Assembly: GCA_002269645.1 (NCBI GenBank)
Contig: NIVC01000258.1
Coordinates: 1,209 to 65,208, forward strand
DNA length: 64,000 nucleotides
From: Macrostomum lignano
Taxonomy: Eukaryota
Direction: 5' to 3'
The first letter of the stretch is position 1; the number at the start of each line of letters is the position of its first letter. This document shows, piece by piece, positions 24,101 to 36,100 of the stretch. The notes below the pieces were generated by a model, which saw only the letters and a list, made by a program, of their open reading frames with translations, was not told the DNA's origin and ran no database searches. A program made the position numbers and the translations under genes.

Positions 24101-27100
24101 AGCTGTGTCTTCTGTCTCTCTAGCTGTGTCTCCTGTCTCTCCAGCTGTGTTTCATGTCTCTCTCACTGTGTCTCTGTCTCTCAGCTGTGTCTCCTGTCTC
24201 TTAGCTGTGTCTTCTGTCTCTCTAGCTGTGTCTCCTGTCTCTCCAGCTGTGTTTCATGTCTCTCTCACTGTGTCTCCTGTCTCTTTAGCTGTGTCTTCTG
24301 TCTCTCTAGCTGTGTCTCCTGTCTCTCCAGCTGTGTTTCATGTCTCTCTCACTGTGTCTCCTGTCTCTTTAGCTGTGTCTTCTGTCTCTCTAGCTGTGTC
24401 TCCTGTCTCTCCAGCTGTGTTTCATGTCTCTCTCACTGTGTCTCCTGTCTCTTTAGCTGTGTCTTCTGTCTCTCTAGCTGTGTCTCCTGTCTCTCCAGCT
24501 GTGTTTCATGTCTCTCTCACTGTGTCTCCTGTCTCTTTAGCTGTGTCTTCTGTCTCTCTAGCTGTGTCTCCTGTCTCTCCAGCTGTGTTTCATGTCTCTC
24601 TCACTGTGTCTCCTGTCTCTTTAGCTGTGTCTTCTGTCTCTCTAGCTGTGTCTCCTGTCTCTCCAGCTGTGTTTCATGTCTCTCTCACTGTGTCTCCTGT
24701 CTCTTTAGCTGTGTCTTCTGTCTCTCTAGCTGTGTCTCCTGTCTCTCCAGCTGTGTTTCATGTCTCTCTCACTGTGTCTCCTGTCTCTTTAGCTGTGTCT
24801 TCTGTCTCTCTAGCTGTGTCTCCTGTCTCTCCAGCTGTGTTTCATGTCTCTCTCACTGTGTCTCCTGTCTCTTTAGCTGTGTCTTCTGTCTCTTAGCTGT
24901 GTCTCTGTCTCTAGCTGTGTCTCCTGTCTCTCCAGCTGTGTTTCATGTCTCTCTCACTGTGTCTCCTGTCTCTTTAGCTGTGTCTTCTGTCTCTCTAGCT
25001 GTGTCTCCTGTCTCTCCAGCTGTGTTTCATGTCTCTCTCACTGTGTCTCCTGTCTCTTTAGCTGTGTCTTCTGTCTCTCTAGCTGTGTCTCCTGTCTCTC
25101 CAGCTGTGTTTCATGTCTCTCTCACTGTGTCTCCTGTCTCTTTAGCTGTGTCTTCTGTCTCTCTAGCTGTGTCTCCTGTCTCTCCAGCTGTGTTTCATGT
25201 CTCTCTCACTGTGTCTCCTGTCTCTTTAGCTGTGTCTTCTGTCTCTCTAGCTGTGTCTCCTGTCTCTCCAGCTGTGTTTCATGTCTCTCTCACTGTGTCT
25301 CCTGTCTCTTTAGCTGTGTCTTCTGTCTCTCTAGCTGTGTCTCCTGTCTCTCTAGCTGTGTCTTCTGTCTCTCTAGCTGTGTCTCCTGTCTCTCCAGCTG
25401 TGTTTCTGTCTCTCTCACTGTGTCTCCTGTCTCTTTAGCTGTGTCTTCTGTCTCTCTAGCTGTGTCTCCTGTCTCTCCAGCTGTGTCTGTCTCTCTCACT
25501 GTGTCTCCTGTCTCTTTAGCTGTGTCTTCTGTCTCTCTAGCTGTGTCTCCTGTCTCTCCAGCTGTGTCTTCTGTCTCTCTAGCTGTGTCTCCTGTCTCTC
25601 CAGCTGTGTTTCATGTCTCTCTCACTGTGTCTCCTGTCTCTTTAGCTGTGTCTTCTGTCTCTCTAGCTGTGTCTCCTGTCTCTCCAGCTGTGTTTCATGT
25701 CTCTCTCACTGTGTCTCCTGTCTCTTTAGCTGTGTCTTCTGTCTCTCTAGCTGTGTCTCCTGTCTCTCCAGCTGTGTTTCATGTCTCTCTCACTGTGTCT
25801 CCTGTCTCTTTAGCTGTGTCTTCTGTCTCTCTAGCTGTGTCTCCTGTCTCTCCAGCTGTGTTTCATGTCTCTCTCACTGTGTCTCCTGTCTCTTTAGCTG
25901 TGTCTTCTGTCTCTCTAGCTGTGTCTCCTGTCTCTCCAGCTGTGTTTCATGTCTCTCTCACTGTGTCTCCTGTCTCTTTAGCTGTGTCTTCTGTCTCTCT
26001 AGCTGTGTCTCCTGTCTCTCCAGCTGTGTTTCATGTCTCTCTCACTGTGTCTCCTGTCTCTTTAGCTGTGTCTTCTGTCTCTCTAGCTGTGTCTCCTGTC
26101 TCTCCAGCTGTGTTTCATGTCTCTCTCACTGTGTCTCCTGTCTCTTTAGCTGTGTCTTCTGTCTCTCTAGCTGTGTCTCCTGTCTCTCCAGCTGTGTTTC
26201 ATGTCTCTCTCACTGTGTCTCCTGTCTCTTTAGCTGTGTCTTCTGTCTCTCTAGCTGTGTCTCCTGTCTCTCCAGCTGTGTTTCATGTCTCTCTCACTGT
26301 GTCTCCTGTCTCTTTAGCTGTGTCTTCTGTCTCTCTAGCTGTGTCTCCTGTCTCTCCAGCTGTGTTTCATGTCTCTCTCACTGTGTCTCCTGTCTCTTTA
26401 GCTGTGTCTTCTGTCTCTCTAGCTGTGTCTCCTGTCTCTCCAGCTGTGTTTCATGTCTCTCTCACTGTGTCTCCTGTCTCTTTAGCTGTGTCTTCTGTCT
26501 CTCTAGCTGTGTCTCCTGTCTCTCAGCTGTGTTTCTGTCTCTCAGCTGTGTTTCTGTCTCTCACTGTGTCTCCTGTCTCTTTAGCTGTGTCTTCTGTCTC
26601 TCTAGCTGTGTCTCCTGTCTCTCCAGCTGTGTTTCATGTCTCTCTCACTGTGTCTCCTGTCTCTTTAGCTGTGTCTTCTGTCTCTCTAGCTGTGTCTCCT
26701 GTCTCTCCAGCTGTGTTTCATGTCTCTCTCACTGTGTCTCCTGTCTCTTTAGCTGTGTCTTCTGTCTCTCTAGCTGTGTCTCCTGTCTCTCCAGCTGTGT
26801 TTCATGTCTCTCTCACTGTGTCTCCTGTCTCTTTAGCTGTGTCTTCTGTCTCTCTAGCTGTGTCTCCTGTCTCTCCAGCTGTGTTTCATGTCTCTCTCAC
26901 TGTGTCTCCTGTCTCTTTAGCTGTGTCTTCTGTCTCTCTAGCTGTGTCTCCTGTCTCTCCAGCTGTGTTTCATGTCTCTCTCACTGTGTCTCCTGTCTCT
27001 TTAGCTGTGTCTTCTGTCTCTCTAGCTGTGTCTCCTGTCTCTCCAGCTGTGTTTCATGTCTCTCTCACTGTGTCTCCTGTCTCTTTAGCTGTGTCTTCTG

Positions 27101-30100
27101 TCTCTCTAGCTGTGTCTCCTGTCTCTCCAGCTGTGTTTCATGTCTCTCTCACTGTGTCTCCTGTCTCTTTAGCTGTGTCTCTGTCTCTTTAGCTGTGTCT
27201 TCTGTCTCTCTAGCTGTGTCTCCTGTCTCTCCAGCTGTGTTTCATGTCTCTCTCACTGTGTCTCCTGTCTCTTTAGCTGTGTCTTCTGTCTCTCTAGCTG
27301 TGTCTCCTGTCTCTCCAGCTGTGTTTCATGTCTCTCTCACTGTGTCTCCTGTCTCTTTAGCTGTGTCTTCTGTCTCTCTAGCTGTGTCTCCTGTCTCTCC
27401 AGCTGTGTTTCATGTCTCTCTCACTGTGTCTCTGTCTCCTCCTGTCTCTTTAGCTGTGTCTTCTGTCTCTCTAGCTGTGTCTCCTGTCTCTCCAGCTGTG
27501 TTTCATGTCTCTCTCACTGTGTCTCCTGTCTCTTTAGCTGTGTCTTCTGTCTCTCTAGCTGTGTCTCCTGTCTCTCCAGCTGTGTTTCATGTCTCTCTCA
27601 CTGTGTCTCCTGTCTCTTTAGCTGTGTCTTCTGTCTCTCTAGCTGTGTCTCCTGTCTCTCCAGCTGTGTTTCATGTCTCTCTCACTGTGTCTCCTGTCTC
27701 TTTAGCTGTGTCTTCTGTCTCTCTAGCTGTGTCTCCTGTCTCTCCAGCTGTGTTTCATGTCTCTCTCACTGTGTCTCCTGTCTCTTTAGCTGTGTCTTCT
27801 GTCTCTCTAGCTGTGTCTCCTGTCTCTCTAGCTGTGTCTTCTGTCTCTCTAGCTGTGTCTCCTGTCTCTCCAGCTGTGTTTCTGTCTCTCACTGTGTCTC
27901 CTGTCTCTTTAGCTGTGTCTTCTGTCTCTCTAGCTGTGTCTCCTGTCTCTCCAGCTGTGTTTCTGTCTCTCTCACTGTGTCTCCTGTCTCTTTAGCTGTG
28001 TCTTCTGTCTCTCTAGCTGTGTCTCCTGTCTCTCCAGCTGTGTTCTGTCTCTCTCACTGTGTCTCCTGTCTCTTTAGCTGTGTCTCTGTCTCTCTAGCTG
28101 TGTCTCCTGTCTCTCCAGCTGCGTCTCCTGTCTCTCTAGCTGCGTCTCCTGTCTCTCCAGCTGTGTTTCATGTCTCTCTCACTGTGTCTCCTGTCTCTTT
28201 AGCTGTGTCTTCTGTCTCTCTAGCTGTGTCTCCTGTCTCTCCAGCTGTGTTTCATGTCTCTCTCACTGTGTCTCCTGTCTCTTTAGCTGTGTCTTCTGTC
28301 TCTCTAGCTGTGTCTCCTGTCTCTCCAGCTGTGTTTCATGTCTCTCTCACTGTGTCTCCTGTCTCTTTAGCTGTGTCTTCTGTCTCTCTAGCTGTGTCTC
28401 CTGTCTCTCTAGCTGTGTCTCTGTCTCTCCAGCTGTGTTTCATGTCTCTCTCACTGTGTCTCCTGTCTCTTTAGCTGTGTCTTCTGTCTCTCTAGCTGTG
28501 TCTCCTGTCTCTCCAGCTGTGTTTCATGTCTCTCTCACTGTGTCTCCTGTCTCTTTAGCTGTGTCTTCTGTCTCTCTAGCTGTGTCTCCTGTCTCTCCAG
28601 CTGTGTTTCATGTCTCTCTCACTGTGTCTCCTGTCTCTTTAGCTGTGTCTTCTGTCTCTCTAGCTGTGTCTCCTGTCTCTCCAGCTGTGTTTCATGTCTC
28701 TCTCACTGTGTCTCCTGTCTCTTTAGCTGTGTCTTCTGTCTCTCTAGCTGTGTCTCCTGTCTCTCCAGCTGTGTTTCATGTCTCTCTCACTGTGTCTCCT
28801 GTCTCTTTAGCTGTGTCTTCTGTCTCTCTAGCTGTGTCTCCTGTCTCTCCAGCTGTGTTTCATGTCTCTCTCACTGTGTCTCCTGTCTCTTTAGCTGTGT
28901 CTTCTGTCTCTCTAGCTGTGTCTCCTGTCTCTCCAGCTGTGTTTCATGTCTCTCTCACTGTGTCTCCTGTCTCTTTAGCTGTGTCTTCTGTCTCTCTAGC
29001 TGTGTCTCCTGTCTCTCTAGCTGTGTCTCTGTCTCTCAGCTGTGTCTTCTGTCTCTCACTGTGTCTCCTGTCTCTTTAGCTGTGTCTTCTGTCTCTCTAG
29101 CTGTGTCTCCTGTCTCTCCAGCTGTGTTTCATGTCTCTCTCACTGTGTCTCCTGTCTCTTTAGCTGTGTCTTCTGTCTCTCTAGCTGTGTCTCCTGTCTC
29201 TCCAGCTGTGTTTCATGTCTCTCTCACTGTGTCTCCTGTCTCTTTAGCTGTGTCTTCTGTCTCTCTAGCTGTGTCTCCTGTCTCTCCAGCTGTGTTTCAT
29301 GTCTCTCTCACTGTGTCTCCTGTCTCTTTAGCTGTGTCTTCTGTCTCTCTAGCTGTGTCTCCTGTCTCTCCAGCTGTGTTTCATGTCTCTCTCACTGTGT
29401 CTCCTGTCTCTTTAGCTGTGTCTTCTGTCTCTCTAGCTGTGTCTCCTGTCTCTCCAGCTGTGTTTCATGTCTCTCTCACTGTGTCTCCTGTCTCTTTAGC
29501 TGTGTCTTCTGTCTCTCTAGCTGTGTCTCCTGTCTCTCCAGCTGTGTTTCATGTCTCTCTCACTGTGTCTCCTGTCTCTTTAGCTGTGTCTTCTGTCTCT
29601 CTAGCTGTGTCTCCTGTCTCTCCAGCTGTGTTTCATGTCTCTCTCACTGTGTCTCCTGTCTCTTTAGCTGTGTCTTCTGTCTCTCTAGCTGTGTCTCCTG
29701 TCTCTCAGCTGTGTTTCATGTCTCTCTCACTGTGTCTCCTGTCTCTTTAGCTGTGTCTCTGTCTCTTAGCTGTGTCTTCTGTCTCTCTAGCTGTGTCTCC
29801 TGTCTCTCCAGCTGTGTTTCATGTCTCTCTCACTGTGTCTCCTGTCTCTTTAGCTGTGTCTTCTGTCTCTCTAGCTGTGTCTCCTGTCTCTCCAGCTGTG
29901 TTTCATGTCTCTCTCACTGTGTCTCCTGTCTCTTTAGCTGTGTCTTCTGTCTCTCTAGCTGTGTCTCCTGTCTCTCCAGCTGTGTTTCATGTCTCTCTCA
30001 CTGTGTCTCCTGTCTCTTTAGCTGTGTCTTCTGTCTCTCTAGCTGTGTCTCCTGTCTCTCCAGCTGTGTTTCATGTCTCTCTCACTGTGTCTCCTGTCTC

Positions 30101-33100
30101 TTTAGCTGTGTCTTCTGTCTCTCTAGCTGTGTCTCCTGTCTCTCAGCTGTGTCTTCTGTCTCTCAGCTGTGTTTCTGTCTCCTGTGTCTCCTGTCTCTTA
30201 GCTGTGTCTTCTGTCTCTCTAGCTGTGTCTCCTGTCTCTCCAGCTGTGTTTCATGTCTCTCTCACTGTGTCTCCTGTCTCTTTAGCTGTGTCTTCTGTCT
30301 CTCTAGCTGTGTCTCCTGTCTCTCCAGCTGTGTTTCATGTCTCTCTCACTGTGTCTCCTGTCTCTTTAGCTGTGTCTTCTGTCTCTCTAGCTGTGTCTCC
30401 TGTCTCTCCAGCTGTGTTTCATGTCTCTCTCACTGTGTCTCCTGTCTCTTTAGCTGTGTCTTCTGTCTCTCTAGCTGTGTCTCCTGTCTCTCCAGCTGTG
30501 TTTCATGTCTCTCTCACTGTGTCTCCTGTCTCTTTAGCTGTGTCTTCTGTCTCTCTAGCTGTGTCTCCTGTCTCTCCAGCTGTGTTTCATGTCTCTCTCA
30601 CTGTGTCTCCTGTCTCTTTAGCTGTGTCTTCTGTCTCTCTAGCTGTGTCTCCTGTCTCTCCAGCTGTGTTTCATGTCTCTCTCACTGTGTCTCCTGTCTC
30701 TTTAGCTGTGTCTTCTGTCTCTCTAGCTGTGTCTCCTGTCTCTCCAGCTGTGTTTCATGTCTCTCTCACTGTGTCTCTGTCTCTTTACTGTGTCTCCTGT
30801 CTCTTTAGCTGTGTCTTCTGTCTCTCTAGCTGTGTCTCCTGTCTCTCCAGCTGTGTTTCATGTCTCTCTCACTGTGTCTCCTGTCTCTTTAGCTGTGTCT
30901 TCTGTCTCTCTAGCTGTGTCTCCTGTCTCTCCAGCTGTGTTTCATGTCTCTCTCACTGTGTCTCCTGTCTCTTTAGCTGTGTCTTCTGTCTCTCTAGCTG
31001 TGTCTCCTGTCTCTCCAGCTGTGTTTCATGTCTCTCTCACTGTGTCTCCTGTCTCTTTAGCTGTGTCTTCTGTCTCTCTAGCTGTGTCTCCTGTCTCTCA
31101 GCTGTGTTTCTGTCTCTCTCACTGTGTCTCCTGTCTCTAGCTGTGTCTTCTGTCTCTCTACTGTGTCTCCTGTCTCTTAGCTGTGTCTTCTGTCTCTCTA
31201 GCTGTGTCTCCTGTCTCTCCAGCTGTGTTTCATGTCTCTCTCACTGTGTCTCCTGTCTCTTTAGCTGTGTCTTCTGTCTCTCTAGCTGTGTCTCCTGTCT
31301 CTCCAGCTGTGTTTCATGTCTCTCTCACTGTGTCTCCTGTCTCTTTAGCTGTGTCTTCTGTCTCTCTAGCTGTGTCTCCTGTCTCTCCAGCTGTGTTTCA
31401 TGTCTCTCTCACTGTGTCTCCTGTCTCTTTAGCTGTGTCTTCTGTCTCTCTAGCTGTGTCTCCTGTCTCTCCAGCTGTGTTTCATGTCTCTCTCACTGTG
31501 TCTCCTGTCTCTTTAGCTGTGTCTTCTGTCTCTCTAGCTGTGTCTCCTGTCTCTCCAGCTGTGTTTCATGTCTCTCTCACTGTGTCTCCTGTCTCTTTAG
31601 CTGTGTCTTCTGTCTCTCTAGCTGTGTCTCCTGTCTCTCCAGCTGTGTTTCATGTCTCTCTCACTGTGTCTCCTGTCTCTTTAGCTGTGTCTTCTGTCTC
31701 TCTAGCTGTGTCTCCTGTCTCTCCAGCTGTGTTTCATGTCTCTCTCACTGTGTCTCCTGTCTCTTTAGCTGTGTCTTCTGTCTCTCTAGCTGTGTCTCCT
31801 GTCTCTCCAGCTGTGTTTCATGTCTCTCTCACTGTGTCTCCTGTCTCTTTAGCTGTGTCTTCTGTCTCTCTAGCTGTGTCTCCTGTCTCTCCAGCTGTGT
31901 TTCATGTCTCTCTCACTGTGTCTCCTGTCTCTTTAGCTGTGTCTTCTGTCTCTCTAGCTGTGTCTCCTGTCTCTCCAGCTGTGTTTCATGTCTCTCTCAC
32001 TGTGTCTCCTGTCTCTTTAGCTGTGTCTTCTGTCTCTCTAGCTGTGTCTCCTGTCTCTCTAGCTGTGTCTCTGTCTCTCAGCTGTGTTTCTGTCTCTCAG
32101 CTGTGTCTCCTGTCTCTTTAGCTGTGTCTTCTGTCTCTCTAGCTGTGTCTCCTGTCTCTCCAGCTGTGTTTCATGTCTCTCTCACTGTGTCTCCTGTCTC
32201 TTTAGCTGTGTCTTCTGTCTCTCTAGCTGTGTCTCCTGTCTCTCCAGCTGTGTTTCATGTCTCTCTCACTGTGTCTCCTGTCTCTTTAGCTGTGTCTTCT
32301 GTCTCTCTAGCTGTGTCTCCTGTCTCTCCAGCTGTGTTTCATGTCTCTCTCACTGTGTCTCCTGTCTCTTTAGCTGTGTCTTCTGTCTCTCTAGCTGTGT
32401 CTCCTGTCTCTCCAGCTGTGTTTCATGTCTCTCTCACTGTGTCTCCTGTCTCTTTAGCTGTGTCTTCTGTCTCTCTAGCTGTGTCTCCTGTCTCTCCAGC
32501 TGTGTTTCATGTCTCTCTCACTGTGTCTCCTGTCTCTTTAGCTGTGTCTTCTGTCTCTCTAGCTGTGTCTCCTGTCTCTCCAGCTGTGTTTCATGTCTCT
32601 CTCACTGTGTCTCCTGTCTCTTTAGCTGTGTCTTCTGTCTCTCTAGCTGTGTCTCCTGTCTCTAGCTGTGTTTCATGTCTCTCTCAGCTGTGTCTCTGTC
32701 TCTTAGCTGTGTCTCCTGTCTCTTAGCTGTGTCTTCTGTCTCTCTAGCTGTGTCTCCTGTCTCTCCAGCTGTGTTTCATGTCTCTCTCACTGTGTCTCCT
32801 GTCTCTTTAGCTGTGTCTTCTGTCTCTCTAGCTGTGTCTCCTGTCTCTCCAGCTGTGTTTCATGTCTCTCTCACTGTGTCTCCTGTCTCTTTAGCTGTGT
32901 CTTCTGTCTCTCTAGCTGTGTCTCCTGTCTCTCCAGCTGTGTTTCTGTCTCTCTAGCTGTGTCTCCTGTCTCTAGCTGTGTCTTCTGTCTCTCTACTGTG
33001 TCTCCTGTCTCTTAGCTGTGTCTTCTGTCTCTCTAGCTGTGTCTCCTGTCTCTAGCTGTGTTTCATGTCTCTCTCACTGTGTCTCCTGTCTCTTTAGCTG

Positions 33101-36100
33101 TGTCTTCTGTCTCTCTAGCTGTGTCTCCTGTCTCTCCAGCTGTGTTTCATGTCTCTCTCACTGTGTCTCCTGTCTCTTTAGCTGTGTCTTCTGTCTCTCT
33201 AGCTGTGTCTCCTGTCTCTCCAGCTGTGTTTCATGTCTCTCTCACTGTGTCTCCTGTCTCTTTAGCTGTGTCTTCTGTCTCTCTAGCTGTGTCTCCTGTC
33301 TCTCCAGCTGTGTTTCATGTCTCTCTCACTGTGTCTCCTGTCTCTTTAGCTGTGTCTTCTGTCTCTCTAGCTGTGTCTCCTGTCTCTCCAGCTGTGTTTC
33401 ATGTCTCTCTCACTGTGTCTCCTGTCTCTTTAGCTGTGTCTTCTGTCTCTCTAGCTGTGTCTCCTGTCTCTCCAGCTGTGTTTCATGTCTCTCTCACTGT
33501 GTCTCCTGTCTCTTTAGCTGTGTCTCCTGTCTCTTTAGCTGTGTCTTCTGTCTCTCTAGCTGTGTCTCCTGTCTCTCCAGCTGTGTTTCATGTCTCTCTC
33601 ACTGTGTCTCCTGTCTCTTTAGCTGTGTCTTCTGTCTCTCTAGCTGTGTCTCCTGTCTCTCCAGCTGTGTTTCATGTCTCTCTCACTGTGTCTCCTGTCT
33701 CTTTAGCTGTGTCTTCTGTCTCTCTAGCTGTGTCTCCTGTCTCTCTAGCTGTGTTTCTGTCTCTCTAGCTGTGTCTCCTGTCTCTTTAGCTGTGTTTCAT
33801 GTCTCTCTCACTGTGTCTCCTGTCTCTCCAGCTGTGTTTCATGTCTCTCTCACTGTGTCTCCTGTCTCTTTAGCTGTGTCTTCTGTCTCTCTAGCTGTGT
33901 CTCCTGTCTCTCCAGCTGTGTTTCATGTCTCTCTCACTGTGTCTCCTGTCTCTTTAGCTGTGTCTTCTGTCTCTCTAGCTGTGTCTCCTGTCTCTCCAGC
34001 TGTGTTTCATGTCTCTCTCACTGTGTCTCCTGTCTCTTTAGCTGTGTCTTCTGTCTCTCTAGCTGTGTCTCCTGTCTCTCCAGCTGTGTCTTCTGTCTCT
34101 CTCACTGTGTCTCCTGTCTCTTAGCTGTGTCTTCTGTCTCTCTAGCTGTGTCTCCTGTCTCTCTCTAGCTGTGTCTTCTGTCTCTCTCACTGTGTCTCCT
34201 GTCTCTTTAGCTGTGTCTTCTGTCTCTCTAGCTGTGTCTCCTGTCTCTCCAGCTGTGTTTCATGTCTCTCTCACTGTGTCTCCTGTCTCTTTAGCTGTGT
34301 CTTCTGTCTCTCTAGCTGTGTCTCCTGTCTCTCCAGCTGTGTTTCATGTCTCTCTCACTGTGTCTCCTGTCTCTTTAGCTGTGTCTTCTGTCTCTCTAGC
34401 TGTGTCTCCTGTCTCTCCAGCTGTGTTTCATGTCTCTCTCACTGTGTCTCCTGTCTCTTTAGCTGTGTCTTCTGTCTCTCTAGCTGTGTCTCCTGTCTCT
34501 CCAGCTGTGTTTCATGTCTCTCTCACTGTGTCTCCTGTCTCTTTAGCTGTGTCTTCTGTCTCTCTAGCTGTGTCTCCTGTCTCTCCAGCTGTGTTTCATG
34601 TCTCTCTCACTGTGTCTCCTGTCTCTTTAGCTGTGTCTTCTGTCTCTCTAGCTGTGTCTCCTGTCTCTCCAGCTGTGTTTCATGTCTCTCTCACTGTGTC
34701 TCCTGTCTCTTTAGCTGTGTCTTCTGTCTCTCTAGCTGTGTCTCCTGTCTCTCCAGCTGTGTTTCATGTCTCTCTCACTGTGTCTCCTGTCTCTTTAGCT
34801 GTGTCTTCTGTCTCTCTAGCTGTGTCTCCTGTCTCTCCAGCTGTGTTTCATGTCTCTCTCACTGTGTCTCCTGTCTCTTTAGCTGTGTCTTCTGTCTCTC
34901 TAGCTGTGTCTCCTGTCTCTCCAGCTGTGTTTCATGTCTCTCTCACTGTGTCTCCTGTCTCTTTAGCTGTGTCTTCTGTCTCTCTAGCTGTGTCTCCTGT
35001 CTCTCCAGCTGTGTTTCATGTCTCTCTCACTGTGTCTCCTGTCTCTTTAGCTGTGTCTTCTGTCTCTCTAGCTGTGTCTCCTGTCTCTCCAGCTGTGTTT
35101 CATGTCTCTCTCACTGTGTCTCCTGTCTCTTTAGCTGTGTCCTGTCTCTCTAGCTGTGTCCTGTCTCTCTAGCTGTGTCTCCTGTCTCTCCAGCTGTGTT
35201 TCATGTCTCTCTCACTGTGTCTCCTGTCTCTTTAGCTGTGTCTTCTGTCTCTCTAGCTGTGTCTCCTGTCTCTCCAGCTGTGTTTCATGTCTCTCTCACT
35301 GTGTCTCCTGTCTCTTTAGCTGTGTCTTCTGTCTCTCTAGCTGTGTCTCCTGTCTCTCCAGCTGTGTTTCATGTCTCTCTCACTGTGTCTCCTGTCTCTT
35401 TAGCTGTGTCTTCTGTCTCTCTAGCTGTGTCTCCTGTCTCTCCAGCTGTGTTTCATGTCTCTCTCACTGTGTCTCCTGTCTCTTTAGCTGTGTCTTCTGT
35501 CTCTCTAGCTGTGTCTCCTGTCTCTCCAGCTGTGTTTCATGTCTCTCTCACTGTGTCTCCTGTCTCTTTAGCTGTGTCTTCTGTCTCTCTAGCTGTGTCT
35601 CCTGTCTCTCCAGCTGTGTTTCATGTCTCTCTCACTGTGTCTCCTGTCTCTTTAGCTGTGTCTTCTGTCTCTCTAGCTGTGTCTCCTGTCTCTCCAGCTG
35701 TGTTTCATGTCTCTCTCACTGTGTCTCCTGTCTCTTTAGCTGTGTCTTCTGTCTCTCTAGCTGTGTCTCCTGTCTCTCAGCTGTGTTTCATGTCTCTCTC
35801 ACTGTGTCTCCTGTCTCTTTAGCTGTGTCTTCTGTCTCTCTAGCTGTGTCTCCTGTCTCTCCAGCTGTGTTTCATGTCTCTCTCACTGTGTCTCCTGTCT
35901 CTTTAGCTGTGTCTTCTGTCTCTCTAGCTGTGTCTCCTGTCTCTCCAGCTGTGTTTCATGTCTCTCTCACTGTGTCTCCTGTCTCTTTAGCTGTGTCTTC
36001 TGTCTCTCTAGCTGTGTTTCATGTCTCTCTCACTGTGTCTCCTGTCTCTTTAGCTGTGTCTTCTGTCTCTCTAGCTGTGTCTCCTGTCTCTCCAGCTGTG